Notes: generated from the letters alone by a model not told the origin. Shown: positions 29,437 to 39,062, counted from the stretch's first letter. The stretch: 64,000 nt of DNA from an uncultured Actinomycetota bacterium (GCA_963819215.1 CAWFVK010000001.1:181229-245228), one strand, 5' to 3'. A program made the numbers and translations.

Positions 29437-30057
29437 ATGGCAAGCACGGAAGCCAGCGGCAGTCCGCTGGACGGGGTCGAGGTCGTCGGCGCCGGGACCA
29501 CCGACGCGGGTTCCGGCGCGCTGGTTGCCGCCTCGCTGGGTGACGGAACAGCCCGGCCGATCGTGCAGGTCGGCGATCCCGTCCTCCACCACGCGTGCGC
29601 GCCCGTGCTCGCGTTCGACGACGCCCTCGTCTCGCTGGTCGCCGACATGTTCGCCTCGATGTACGCGGCGAACGGCGTCGGGCTCGCGGCGAACCAGATC
29701 GGCGTGAGCCAGCGGGTGTTCGTCTACGACTGCCCTGACGGGGATGACAACCGTCGGGTCGGAGTGGTGGTGAACCCGGTGCTCGAGCCGCCGGGGCCGG
29801 ACGGCCGCACCCTTGAGGAGGACCTCGAGGGCTGCCTGTCTGTCGTCGGCGAGCACGCCCAGCTCTTCCGCGCGACGGAGGCCGTGGTCCATGGGTTCGG
29901 GGTGGACGGCCGGCCGGTGACGGTCGAGGGCACCGGGCTGCTCGCGCGGTGCCTGCAGCACGAGACCGATCACCTCGACGGCACCCTGTTCATCGACCGC
30001 CTCAGCAAGCGGGCCAGGCGCAAGGTGCTCGCCGCCTACGAGACGAACCAGGGCTGA
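29437..30057 (+). CDS. def: peptide deformylase
   Basis: The three PDF motifs are present: [15 protein letters not shown] and QHETDHLDG. Confidence 0.8.
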   Translation: MASTEASGSPLDGVEVVGAGTTDAGSGALVAASLGDGTARPIVQVGDPVLHHACAPVLAFDDALVSLVADMFASMYAANGVGLAANQIGVSQRVFVYDCPDGDDNRRVGVVVNPVLEPPGPDGRTLEEDLEGCLSVVGEHAQLFRATEAVVHGFGVDGRPVTVEGTGLLARCLQHETDHLDGTLFIDRLSKRARRKVLAAYETNQG

Positions 30058-30078
30058 CCTGCTGCGGATCGCCGAGGT

Positions 30079-31228
30079 CTAGGGCGTCTCGAGCAGCGGT
30101 GACGGCTCGAGGCTGAGCTCGTCGTCCAGCGTGAGATCGAGGGTGCGCTCCAGGCTGGCCTCCGCCGCGGGGCTGATCCCCGCGAGGCCGGCCTCCCACT
30201 TCTCCTCGATGTGGCCGAAGCGCCAGACGGCCAGCGCGACGACCCAGGTCAGCACGAACAGGCCGACGATCGCGAAGCCGACGAGGTTGAGGTCGAGGTT
30301 GCCGACCGCAGGCGACGGGGCCGCTGGTGATGCCGAGCTGGTCGACGAAGATCGACAGGAGCTCGATCGTCCCGATGACCAGCGCGACCGCGACGCGACA
30401 GCGCCGGTGATGGTGATGTTGTAGTAGACCTTGCGGACCGGCTTGGAGAACGCCCAGCCGTAGGCGAAGTTCATGAAGCAGCCGTCGATGGTGTCGAGCA
30501 GGCTCATCCCGGCCGCGAAGAGCACCGGCAGGGTGAGGATCGCGTACCAGGGCAGCGCGAACGCCGCGGCGCCGCCGGCGAGGACCAGCAGGCCGACCTC
30601 GGTCGCGGTGTCGAAGCCGAGGCCGAAGAGCAGGCCGACCGGGTACATGTGCCACGGCTTGGTGACCGTACGGGTGACCCCGCCGAGGATGCGGTTCATG
30701 AAGCCGCGGTTGCTCAGGTGGTGCTCCAGCTGCGGCCTCGTCGTACTCGCCTCGGCGCATCGCGCGGAAGACCCCGAGGATCCCGACGAGCACGACCAGG
30801 TTGAGGATGCCGATCGACATAAGGAAGACGCCGGACACCGCTGGTGCCGACCAGGCCGGTGACCGTGTGCAGGCTCGAGGAGTCGTTCTGCGACCTGCCC
30901 GGCCAGCGCGCGCACGCCCGGCGGCGAGCAGCAGGCACAGCCCGAACACCACGCTGACGAGTGCCCGAGCGAGAACCAGAACCCGACCGAGCACCGGGCG
31001 CTTGCCGTCGGCCATCAGCTTGCGGGTGGTGTTGTCGATGGCGGCGATGTGGTCGGCGTCGAACGCGTGCCGCATGCCGAGCGTGTAGGCGGTGAGGCCG
31101 AGCCCGACGCCGAACACCTGCGTCGAGCTGATCTGGTAGTGGTGCGGGGCGATCACGCCGATCAGCAGGCCCCAGCCGAGGACGTGCAGGAAGAGCACGA
31201 AGCCGCCATCCCGGCGACGGCAGCCCAC
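30079..31228 (-). CDS. HoxN/HupN/NixA-family nickel/cobalt transporter (NicT-like), frame breaks
   Basis: The N-terminal segment has the LGMRHAFDADHIAAIDNTTRKL signature (H-x4-DH). The second segment has a further 6-8 transmembrane helices (GFMNRILGGVTRTVTKPWHMYPVGLLFGLGFDTATEVG). Confidence 0.65.
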
Positions 31229-31410
31229 TCACCACCGGTCAGCGCCCGCCGGAGCCGACCAACCCGGGACCAGCCGACCCGGGACGAGCTGCCAGACATC
31301 GGTGGTCCTCACGTCACGCGCACGGATGGTGCTGCTGACGCTAAGGCAGGGTCAGTACTCCTGCAACTTGTTCGCAATAAGCCCCCGGCGGGGTGCCAGA
31401 AGGGTCGCGG

Positions 31411-31830
31411 TCAGCGCAGCCGGCGCGGGTCCACCGCGGTCGCGAACGCGACGATGCAGAACAGGATGAAGGTGATGACGTGCACCGAGGTGCACCACAG
31501 GCAGATGGCGTCGAGGGTGAAGAGCTCGGTGTAGACGAGGTAGAAGACGAACAGCACCCCGAGGATCGTCGCGCCCAGCCGGACCAACGTGAGCTCGGCG
31601 CGCGCCCAGGCCTGCGGCAGGCAGAGCACCACCATGGCGACGTAGAAGAGCAGCCCCAGCAGGGCCACCGGGATGCCGAGCAACGACGACTGCGCGCTGC
31701 TGGTCACCTTCGCGCAGTTGATCACCCCGGTGTTCGGGCAGGCGAGCACCACGGACGCGTTGTAGTGCGCATAGGTGAGGTAGGCCGAGACGCAGAGCCC
31801 AGCCACCGCGAACAGCAGCGACGCGACCAC
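31411..31830 (-). CDS. vitamin K epoxide reductase (VKOR)-family membrane oxidoreductase
   Basis: The product has four transmembrane helices, a VLACPNTGVINCAKV Cys pair and a C-terminal CLWC motif. Its N-terminus may be truncated by a frame break. Confidence 0.6.
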   Translation of the reverse strand: MVASLLFAVAGLCVSAYLTYAHYNASVVLACPNTGVINCAKVTSSAQSSLLGIPVALLGLLFYVAMVVLCLPQAWARAELTLVRLGATILGVLFVFYLVYTELFTLDAICLWCTSVHVITFILFCIVAFATAVDPRRLR

Positions 31831-31955
31831 GAAGGGCGTCGGGACGCCCCACCGGGGGCCGTCCGGCTCGGCCGGCTTGGCGACCGGTGGGGACGCCTTT
31901 GCGTGATCCCTTGGCCGGAGTCGTCGCCCGGCCCTTGGGCGGCCGGTTCTGCTGC

Positions 31956-32882
31956 TTACTTGGCGACACTGTTCGAGGCCCGGATCTTGACGATGCTCGG
32001 GTCGAGGCAGACGGTCGAGGGCTGGTTGCCGGTCATCTTGCAGAGCATCGCGGTGATCTGGTTCGCGGTGCCACCGATGGCCTTGCCGATCGGGTCGGAC
32101 GCGACGAGCTTGTCCGCGACCTGGTCCTGGGTGAGGCCGGCGAGCAGGTCAGGGCTGTAGCTCGCGCCGGAGAGGACCGCCTCGTTGCCGAAGTCGACGA
32201 ACGGGATGGCGCCCTGGCTGTCCGAGCTGACGTACGGCGGGGCGTCGTACTTGGTGATCAGCGCCTGCTGGGCAGCCGTCGGGGTGTCCAGCTGGATGTA
32301 GTTGCCGGAGGCGTCCTTGGTGTTCGTCTCCTCCTCGACCGCCTGGAAGGCGAGGTACTTGCTGGTGTAGGTCGAGCCGTGGAAGGAGAACGTCGGTGTC
32401 GACGGCGAGACCTCGGGGGCCGGCGCGGAGTGCGTGGTCTGCAGCCCGCTGAAGGTGCCGAAGCGGCTCAGCGCGACGATCATCGGCCAGCGCTCGGCGG
32501 CGCAGTAGGGGCAGTACTCGGCGCCCATGTAGACCACCAGCGGCAACTTGCCGTCGGTCAGCTTGGCGCCGTCCGCCTTGAGCAGCGGGTTGGCGACGCC
32601 GCCGGTACCGATCGCGGCCAGCGTCGCCGGCGGCACCGCGGTGACCTTGGTCAGCAGCGCGGCCGACGCCGGCGTGACCGCGGTGTCGGACGATGCGTCC
32701 GTCGCCGGGCTGCTGCCGAGCTTGACCCCGATGGTGACCAGGACGACCAGCAGGACGATCACGATCGAGGAGGTCGCGACGATGAGGTTCCGCCGGCGCG
32801 CGTCGCGCTTGCGGTCAGCCTCGCGCATGGCGGCGGTCTTCTCGCGCGCCGTCCTGCGCTGGACGGACGTGCTCTTGCTCAT
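31956..32882 (-). CDS. DUF929-family DsbA-like thioredoxin-fold protein (membrane-anchored)
   Basis: The N-terminus is a transmembrane anchor. The motif YMGAEYCPYCAAERW carries the CPYC active site. It is adjacent to the VKOR gene, as in the mycobacterial DsbA-like/VKOR pair. Confidence 0.7.
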   Translation of the reverse strand: MSKSTSVQRRTAREKTAAMREADRKRDARRRNLIVATSSIVIVLLVVLVTIGVKLGSSPATDASSDTAVTPASAALLTKVTAVPPATLAAIGTGGVANPLLKADGAKLTDGKLPLVVYMGAEYCPYCAAERWPMIVALSRFGTFSGLQTTHSAPAPEVSPSTPTFSFHGSTYTSKYLAFQAVEEETNTKDASGNYIQLDTPTAAQQALITKYDAPPYVSSDSQGAIPFVDFGNEAVLSGASYSPDLLAGLTQDQVADKLVASDPIGKAIGGTANQITAMLCKMTGNQPSTVCLDPSIVKIRASNSVAK

Positions 32883-33020
32883 CGGTGCTCCTTCATCGGG
32901 TGCTCGTGCTGGTCGTCCGGTGCTGCGGGGATCCGTGCTGGCGAGAATCGTGCTGGCGGGACAGGTGCGTGGGGGTGCAGTCCTGACGTCCCTGGAGAAC
33001 GTCGGCGCGAACGGGCGCGT

Positions 33021-33713
33021 TCATGAGGCGAGAGACGGGCTCGCGACGACCGGGGTCAGCCCCTCGGAACGCTCGACGGCGCCGGGATCGCCGAGCCGGA
33101 CCAGCCAGTTGGCGATCATCCGGTGGCCGCCCTCGGTGAGCACCGACTCGGGGTGGAACTGCACACCCTCGAGATCGTGCTCGCGGTGCCGCATGGCCAT
33201 GACCACGCCGCTCGCGGTGCGACCGGTGACCTCGAGCTCGCGCGGGATCGTCGCGGGGTCGACCGCGAGCGAGTGGTACCTGGTCGCGGTGAACGGGTCG
33301 GGCAGGCCGGCGAGGATCCCGGTGCCGTCATGCTCCACCAGGGAGGTCTTGCCGTGCAGTAGCTCGGGGGCTCTGGTGACCGAGGCGCCGTAGGCGACGG
33401 CGATCGCCTGGTGACCGAGACAGACGCCCAGCACCGGCACCCGGCCGGCGGCGAACGTCACCATGTCGATGCAGACGCCGGCGCCTTCGGGCGTGCCGGG
33501 CCCCGGCGACAGCAGCACGCCGTCGTACGCCAGGGCCTCCTCGGGGGTCACCGCGTCGTTGCGACGCACCACGGGCTCGGCCCCCAGCTGGGCGAGGTAC
33601 TGCACGAGGTTGAACACGAAGGAGTCGTAGTTGTCGACGACCAGCACGCGGGCGGGCGGCAAGCCGTCCCGGCGGGGCCTGATGAGGTCGCTCGTCGTCA
33701 CGCCGCCCATCAT
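33021..33713 (-). CDS. trpG: anthranilate/aminodeoxychorismate synthase component II (class I glutamine amidotransferase)
   Basis: The product reads RVLVVDNYDSFVFNLVQYL...VLLSPGPGTP..PVLGVCLGHQAI...QFHPES. The catalytic triad Cys-His-Glu context is present. Confidence 0.8.
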   Translation of the reverse strand: MMGGVTTSDLIRPRRDGLPPARVLVVDNYDSFVFNLVQYLAQLGAEPVVRRNDAVTPEEALAYDGVLLSPGPGTPEGAGVCIDMVTFAAGRVPVLGVCLGHQAIAVAYGASVTRAPELLHGKTSLVEHDGTGILAGLPDPFTATRYHSLAVDPATIPRELEVTGRTASGVVMAMRHREHDLEGVQFHPESVLTEGGHRMIANWLVRLGDPGAVERSEGLTPVVASPSLAS

Positions 33714-33913
33714 CCCCCACTCCCACCGACGGTCACGTCGCCGAACGGCAGGCGGGGCTCGATCCACGGGAACACGACGCCGAACAGCAGGGCGACGACC
33801 GCCACCACCAGCACCACGCAGATCACCGCCTTCACGGGCCACGGACCAGGCAGCCGGCGCCACAGCCAGCCGTAGAACGAGCCGCTCCGCACGTCGCTCA
33901 CGGAAGAGGCCAT
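33710..33913 (-). CDS. small hypothetical membrane protein (single TM)
   Basis: The product reads MASSVSDVRSGSFYGWLWRRLPGPWPVKAVICVVLVVAVVALLFGVVFPWIEPRLPF. Its stop overlaps the trpG start (operon-coupled). Confidence 0.35.
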   Translation of the reverse strand: MASSVSDVRSGSFYGWLWRRLPGPWPVKAVICVVLVVAVVALLFGVVFPWIEPRLPFGDVTVGGSGG

Positions 33914-33923
33914 GGTGCAGTGT

Positions 33924-34640
33924 TCATGACTCGGCTGAAGCAAAACTGAGAGCCAGCGTCCCGGTGTAGGCGCGCAGGGTGACCGAGCGGGCGTCCTGCA
34001 CCTTGTAACCGAGTCCGACCGCCTGCACCCAGCCCCGCAGGATGGTGACCTCGGGCGAGGCGTCCAGGGCGTGCTGGAGCGTCACGGGGTCGCCGAGGGC
34101 GGTCACCACGAAGGGCGGCGAGTACACCCGCCCGTTCAGGATCAGCGTGTTCCCCACGCACCGCACAGCGCTGGTGGCTACCAGCCGCTGGTCCATGACC
34201 ATGATGCCGTCCGCCGAGCCGGCCCAGAGCGCGTTGACGACGGCCTGGACGTCCTGCTGGTGGATGAGGAGGTCGTCGGGAGTGACCCCGCTCGGCAGCG
34301 CGACGGACGGATCGTCGTGCGCGTCGTCCAGGGTGACGGTGAGCCCCGGACCAGACAGGGCGGTCAGCCCGTCGGGCGCATCGAGCCCGCGCGCCTGCGC
34401 CTGCGCCGCCTGCACCCTGCTGTCAGCTGCGCCCTGCGAGCTCGTGAGCCGGTCGACATCGTCGCGCAACGACTGGACCGTGCCTTCGCCGGCCGTCGCC
34501 CGGCTGGCCTGCTCGCGGATGAGGTCGGCGAGGTCGGTGGTGCGGTCCGCCCGCAGATCGGTACCGCGTGCGGTCGCCGCGCTGGTGGCCATGAGCAGGC
34601 CGGCGAAGGCCAGCACCAGGGGGACGCCGACGCGCCACAT
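33924..34640 (-). CDS. DUF881-domain protein (cell-division/cell-wall associated, Rv0012-like)
   Basis: The product has a signal/transmembrane segment (MWRVGVPLVLAFAGLLMATSAA) and a coiled-coil. The DUF881 core reads LTVTLDDAHDD...IHQQDVQAVVNALWAGSADGIMVMDQRLVATSAVRCVGNTLILNGRVYSPPFVVTALGDPVTL. Confidence 0.65.
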   Translation of the reverse strand: MWRVGVPLVLAFAGLLMATSAATARGTDLRADRTTDLADLIREQASRATAGEGTVQSLRDDVDRLTSSQGAADSRVQAAQAQARGLDAPDGLTALSGPGLTVTLDDAHDDPSVALPSGVTPDDLLIHQQDVQAVVNALWAGSADGIMVMDQRLVATSAVRCVGNTLILNGRVYSPPFVVTALGDPVTLQHALDASPEVTILRGWVQAVGLGYKVQDARSVTLRAYTGTLALSFASAES

Positions 34641-34852
34641 CGAACGAGCGGCCACCGGCCCTGCCACCTCCCCCTCGATCGCTCGCACGCCACGCGGCGC
34701 GCCTGTCCGTCCGGGCAGGCGGCAGGCGCACCCGCCCGCTGCTCGCTCTGTGCTCGCGCGCTCGTCTACGCTAACGGACGACGTGCCGCGCCCAGCGGTT
34801 CCTGGACGGCCTTCCGGTTGCCGGTCCAGCGCGCCAGACCCGAGGAGATCCC

Positions 34853-35107
34853 GTGCCCAGATCGCGGACCCGCCGCAAGGCACCGTTCACCCCGCCGCCG
34901 ACCGGTGTCCCGGCGTCAGCCAAGGTGAGCGGCCGTTGGGTGGCGCCGCTGATGATCACGCTGTTCCTCGTCGGGCTCATCTACATCGTCGTGTACTACG
35001 TCGCCGGGACCGACATCGGCTTCATGAACAGCCTGGGCAACTGGAACCTCGTGATCGGCTTCGTGCTGCTGGGTGGTGGCTTCGCCGTGGCCACCCAGTG
35101 GAAGTAG
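34853..35107 (+). CDS. crgA: cell division protein CrgA
   Basis: The 84-aa product reads MPRSRTRRKAPFTPPP... followed by two transmembrane helices (WVAPLMITLFLVGLIYIVVYYV, NLVIGFVLLGGGFAVATQW). Confidence 0.8.
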   Translation: MPRSRTRRKAPFTPPPTGVPASAKVSGRWVAPLMITLFLVGLIYIVVYYVAGTDIGFMNSLGNWNLVIGFVLLGGGFAVATQWK

Positions 35108-35203
35108 CGCACTAAGTACACGGTTGTAGTTCTGTCCACATGGGTTGTCCCCAGTGTGGACAAGGCTGACCGCGAGGACAGCCGGCCGCGCTTGGCCGAG
35201 CTG

Positions 35204-36376
35204 CTAGAGGAGCTCGAGGATCGTCGCGTTGGCCATGCCGCCGCCTTCGCACATCGTCTGCAGGCCGTACTGGATGCCGTCGCGGCGCATGCGGTGGACC
35301 AGCGTCGTCATCAGGCGCGCACCCGACCCGCCCAGCGGGTGCCCGAGCGCGATCGCACCGCCGTCAGGGTTCAGGGCCTTGGGGTCCGCGCCGGTGTCAG
35401 CGAGCCAGGCGAGCGGGACCGAGGCGAACGCCTCGTTGACCTCGAAGGTACCGATCTGGTCGAGCGTCAGACCCGAGCGTGCCAGCACCTTGCGGGTGGC
35501 GGGCATCGGCGCGGTGAGCATGATCACCGGGTCATCGCCGGCGACGACCGTGGTGTGGACGCGGGCGATCGGGGTCAGACCGAGCTCGCGGGCCTTCTCG
35601 GAGGTCATCATGAGCAGCCCGGCCGAGCCGTCGGAGATCTGCGAGGACGACGCCGCGGTGATGCGGCCGTCCACCTTGAACGGGGTCTTGAGCCCGGCCA
35701 ACGACTCGAGGGTCCCGCCGCGGCGCACGCCCTCGTCGACGCTCACGACGGTCCCGTCGTCCAGCGTCACGGGAACGATCTGACCGACGAAACGGCCCTC
35801 GTCGATCGCCTCCGCGGCGTGCGCGTGCGAGGAGAGCGCGAAGGTGTCCAGCGCGCCCCTCGACAGGCCCCACCGGTCAGCGATCATCTCGGCGCCGACG
35901 CCCTGGTTGAACACGGGGCTGCCCGTCGCCGCCAGCGCCTCCTCGTACCTCGCCATCAGCTGCGGTCCGAACGGCAGGCCAGCACCGGCCCCGACGGACG
36001 AGCCCATCGCCACGCGGCTCATCGACTCGACACCGCCGGCGACGACGACGTCGTACTGGCCCGCGATCAGGCCGGCGGCGGCGAACGCCACGGCCTGCTG
36101 CGACGACCCGCACTGGCGGTCGAGGGTGGTTCCAGGGACTGACTCGGGCCAGCCCGCCGCGAGGACGGCGTTCCGGCCGACGTTCATGGTCTGCTCGCCG
36201 ACCTGGGACACCACGCCCCAGATGACGTCGTCCACCGCAGCCGGCTCGACACCGGTCCGCTCGATCAGCTCCCGGAGCACCAGCGCGGAGAGGTCCACCG
36301 GGTGGACCCCGCTCAGGACGCCGTTGCGCCTGCCTACCGGCGTCCGGACGGCCTCGACGATGACGGCGTCGCGCAT
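35204..36376 (-). CDS. acetyl-CoA C-acyltransferase (thiolase)
   Basis: AAGGAG precedes the ATG at 36376. The N-terminus reads MRDAVIVEAVRTPVGRRNG. The active-site Cys context reads LDRQCGSSQQAV. The C-terminus reads GLQTMCEGGGMANATILE. Confidence 0.8.
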   Translation of the reverse strand: MRDAVIVEAVRTPVGRRNGVLSGVHPVDLSALVLRELIERTGVEPAAVDDVIWGVVSQVGEQTMNVGRNAVLAAGWPESVPGTTLDRQCGSSQQAVAFAAAGLIAGQYDVVVAGGVESMSRVAMGSSVGAGAGLPFGPQLMARYEEALAATGSPVFNQGVGAEMIADRWGLSRGALDTFALSSHAHAAEAIDEGRFVGQIVPVTLDDGTVVSVDEGVRRGGTLESLAGLKTPFKVDGRITAASSSQISDGSAGLLMMTSEKARELGLTPIARVHTTVVAGDDPVIMLTAPMPATRKVLARSGLTLDQIGTFEVNEAFASVPLAWLADTGADPKALNPDGGAIALGHPLGGSGARLMTTLVHRMRRDGIQYGLQTMCEGGGMANATILELL

Positions 36377-36389
36377 GGTGACTCCTTGA

Positions 36390-37301
36390 TCAGGGGAACA
36401 CTCTGGTGTCGTTCCCGGTGCTGATGGTGCCGCTGACGATGACCGGCCCCAGGACGGGATCGCTCCGCAGCTCGTTCGTGTGGGCGACGACCATGCCCAC
36501 GGACACTGCAACAAGCAGGATCCCCGCCGCGATTCCAGTCCTGGTCGCCCACGCGCGCGGTGGGTAGGCGAAGGCCGCGGTGAAGATCGCGCCCGCGATG
36601 GCGCCGCCCACGTGCGCGTGCCAGTCGATGCTCGGGCTGAGCACGGTGAGCAGGACGTTGATGAGCAGCAGGCCGATGAACGGTCGGAGATCCCACCGCA
36701 TGCGGTGGCAGACGACGAAGTACGCACCGAACAGGCCGAAGATGGCGCCCGATGCACCGCCGGACAACGAGTTCGGCGACGCGAAGACGTAGGAGACGGC
36801 GGAGCCGGCGAGCAGCGAGATGACGTAGAGGCTGATGAAGCGGGCCCGCCCGAGCACTCCCTCGAGCTGACGGCCGAGCGCCCACAGCGACACCATGTTG
36901 AAGAGGATGTGCGTGATGCTGAAGTGGACGAAGCCGGCGGTGGCCAGCCGCCACCACTGACCCTGCGCGACCAGCAGCGGGTTGCTCGCGAGATGGTTCG
37001 TCAGCGACGGCACGACGATCTGCAGGACGTAGACCGCGAGGTTCATCCCGATCAGGACGCGGGTGACGATGTCCTGCTGGGCGTGGACGCGCCCGCCGAA
37101 CACGGTCTGCGGGGCGCGCTGGGTCGCCCGCCCCTCGGCCACGCACTCCGGGCACTGGAAACCCACCGCTGCACTGGTCATGCAGTCCGGGCAGATCGGC
37201 CGTTCGCAGCGGGTGCACCGGATGTACGTCTCGCGACCAGGGTGGCGGTAGCAGGTCGGGACCACGCTGCTGGGCTCAGGCCTCGCACCGGGTTCGGTCA
37301 T
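36390..37301 (-). CDS. rhomboid-family intramembrane serine protease with N-terminal zinc-ribbon
   Basis: The N-terminus reads CYRHPGRETYIRCTRCERPICPDCM. The rhomboid core reads GASGAIFGLFGAY and HAHVGGAIAGAIF. Confidence 0.8.
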   Translation of the reverse strand: MTEPGARPEPSSVVPTCYRHPGRETYIRCTRCERPICPDCMTSAAVGFQCPECVAEGRATQRAPQTVFGGRVHAQQDIVTRVLIGMNLAVYVLQIVVPSLTNHLASNPLLVAQGQWWRLATAGFVHFSITHILFNMVSLWALGRQLEGVLGRARFISLYVISLLAGSAVSYVFASPNSLSGGASGAIFGLFGAYFVVCHRMRWDLRPFIGLLLINVLLTVLSPSIDWHAHVGGAIAGAIFTAAFAYPPRAWATRTGIAAGILLVAVSVGMVVAHTNELRSDPVLGPVIVSGTISTGNDTRVFP

Positions 37302-37336
37302 CGCTGCTCAAGCATCTCCGCGGTCGCACTCCCGGC

Positions 37337-37867
37337 TCAGGAGGTGACGCGCTCGATCGTGACGGAGTCGATGATGACGGGCTCGACGGGGACGTCGCCC
37401 CGGCCGGTCGGGGTCTTCTCGATGGCGTCCACCACGGCGCGGCTCGGTGCATCGGCGACCTCGCCGAAGATGGTGTGCTTGTTGTTCAGCCACGTGGTGG
37501 CGCCGGCCGTGATGAAGAACTGCGAGCCGTTGGTGTTGGGTCCGGCGTTGGCCATCGCCAGCAGGTACGGGCGGTCGAAGACCAGGCCGGAGTTCACCTC
37601 GTCCGCGAACGTGTAGCCGGGACCGCCGGTGCCGGTGCCGAGCGGGTCGCCCCCCTGGATCATGAAGCCGGCGATCACCCGGTGGAACTTGGTGCCGTCG
37701 TAGAGCTTGTCCGTGCTCTTCACCCGGGTGCCGGGGTGCGTCCACTCCTTGCTGCCCTCGGCCAGCTCGACGAAGTTGCGGACGGTCTTCGGGGAGTGGT
37801 CCGGGAACAGCTCGATCCGGATGTCGCCGCGGTTGGTGTGCAAGGTCGCGAACGTCTTCTCGGCCAC
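37337..37867 (-). CDS. ppiA: cyclophilin-type peptidyl-prolyl cis-trans isomerase
   Basis: The 176-aa product reads FHRVIAGFMIQGGDPLGTGTGGPGYTFADE..FITAGATTWLNNKHTIFGEV. Confidence 0.85.
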   Translation of the reverse strand: MAEKTFATLHTNRGDIRIELFPDHSPKTVRNFVELAEGSKEWTHPGTRVKSTDKLYDGTKFHRVIAGFMIQGGDPLGTGTGGPGYTFADEVNSGLVFDRPYLLAMANAGPNTNGSQFFITAGATTWLNNKHTIFGEVADAPSRAVVDAIEKTPTGRGDVPVEPVIIDSVTIERVTS

Positions 37868-37942
37868 GAAGGGTCTCCTGCTCGTCGGTGATCGGATGGT
37901 CTGGGCCGCCGCTGGGCGGACCTGCGCCTGGACGAATCTACG

Positions 37943-38015
37943 TGGAGACGAGGGGAATCGAACCCCTAACCCCCGCCTTGCAAAGGCGGTGCTCTGCCAA
38001 TTGAGCTACGTCCCC
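37943..38015 (-). tRNA. tRNA-Ala (anticodon TGC)
   Basis: The minus strand reads GGGGACGTAGCTCAATTGGCAGAGCACCGCC-TTTGCAA-GGCGGGGGTTAGGGGTTCGATTCCCCTCGTCTCCA. The G3:U70 Ala identity pair is present and the CCA is not encoded. Confidence 0.85.
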
Positions 38016-38069
38016 TTGGCTTGCAGTGCCATTTGCTTGGCCTGCAGTGCGAGTTTGGCTAGCAGTGTC
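38016..38069. repeat. three imperfect direct repeats TTGGCyTGCAGTGC (spacing 21 and 18 bp) immediately upstream of tRNA-Ala
   Basis: Read directly: ttggcttgcagtgc..ttggcctgcagtgc..ttggctagcagtgt. Confidence 0.5.
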
Positions 38070-38083
38070 ACCGCGACCGGCGC

Positions 38084-38212
38084 TCAGCGCAGGTCGGCGG
38101 CCTCGTTGGTCGCCTCGGTCCAGAGGTCCTGCTCGGCCTGGTCGTCCTGGAACTTCTTCCACAGGGCGAACGCGCCGACCGCTGCCAGCGCCAGCACGAG
38201 GAGCTTCTTCAT
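38084..38212 (-). CDS. DLW-39 family small protein (42 aa, signal/TM helix plus DLW motif)
   Basis: Manual translation gives MKKLLVLALAAVGAFALWKKFQDDQAEQDLWTEATNEAADLR*. A GAAGAGAGAGACC ribosome-binding site precedes the start. It sits beside ppiA, as is typical for this actinobacterial family. Confidence 0.6.
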   Translation of the reverse strand: MKKLLVLALAAVGAFALWKKFQDDQAEQDLWTEATNEAADLR

Positions 38213-38317
38213 CGTCGGTCTCTCTCTTCCGGGGTGCCCAGCTTGGTCGTCCGATTGGTCGTCCGGGCAAGCATAGAGCGCGCCGGGTGCCGGCTCTCCC
38301 GGTCTCCCACCTGCCGG

Positions 38318-38932
38318 CTACTCGGCCCGGACGTCGAACCCCAGCGACTGGGCCAGCACCGTCGCCTGCTCCCAGGTGACCAGCGCCCCCCGGACGGTGG
38401 CGGCGGACGGGTCGAGGGAGGAGAGGTCGCTCCCGCGCAGATCCGTCCCGGCAAGGTCGATCCCCTGCAGCCAGGCACCGCTGAGATCCACGCCGCGCAG
38501 GCTGCCCCCGGCGCAGCGGGCCTTGCCGAGGTCGGCCTCGCGCATCCGAGCGCCGTCGATCGACGCGCTCTCGAGGTCGGCGGATGCCAGCCCGACGAAC
38601 GACCAGTCACCGCCGACCACCTTGAGGATGTCGAAGCCGCAGTCGTCGAAGGCGCTCCCCACCAGCTTGCAGCGTGTGAAAGTCACGTCGAAGAAGTTGC
38701 AGCGGGTGAACGTGCAGCTCGTGAAGGCGGCGTCGGTGAACGTCGAGCAGTTGAAGGCGCAGCCGGAGAAGGTGCAGCCCTCGAACCGGGCGCCGTCGGC
38801 CGTCAGCTCGCTGAGGTCCATGTCACGAAAGGCGGTGCCGACGAACTCCTGGCCGCTGAGGTCACGGCCGCCCCAGTCCTCGCCGCTCAGGGTCTGCTGC
38901 GGGCTCGTCGCGGCACTCCCTCGCTCGGTCAT
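38318..38932 (-). CDS. pentapeptide-repeat protein (Qnr/MfpA-like fold)
   Basis: The 204-aa product is almost entirely A(D/N)LxG/CxFxx pentapeptide repeats (ADGARFEGCTFSGCAFNCSTFTDAAFTSCTFTRCNFFDVTFTRCKLVGSAFDDCGFD...). Confidence 0.8.
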   Translation of the reverse strand: MTERGSAATSPQQTLSGEDWGGRDLSGQEFVGTAFRDMDLSELTADGARFEGCTFSGCAFNCSTFTDAAFTSCTFTRCNFFDVTFTRCKLVGSAFDDCGFDILKVVGGDWSFVGLASADLESASIDGARMREADLGKARCAGGSLRGVDLSGAWLQGIDLAGTDLRGSDLSSLDPSAATVRGALVTWEQATVLAQSLGFDVRAE

Positions 38933-38988
38933 GGCGAGAAGTCTAAGGAGCGAGCCCGGCTGGGGCTCTTCCGTGCGCCGGTCACTGG

Positions 38989-39062
38989 GTGGGCCTAGGA
39001 GGACTTGAACCTCCGGCCTCTTCCTTATCAGGGAAGCGCTCTAACCGTCTGAGCTATAGGCC
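38989..39062 (-). tRNA. tRNA-Ile (anticodon GAT)
   Basis: The minus strand reads GGGCCTATAGCTCAGACGGTTAGAGCGCTTCC-CTGATAA-GGAAGAGGCCGGAGGTTCAAGTCCTCCTAGGCCCA. Confidence 0.85.

Noticed and set aside
31375-31395. Putative intrinsic terminator after the VKOR gene (CCCCGCCGGGG followed by UUAUU)
   Set aside because: The stem is only 4 bp with a weak U-tract. It is not convincing without a folding calculation.
31393-33026. Plus-strand ORFs 31393-32160 and 31887-33026
   Set aside because: They are antisense to the VKOR and DUF929 genes.
35156-36142. 328-aa plus-strand ORF
   Set aside because: It is antisense to the thiolase gene, which has clear homology.
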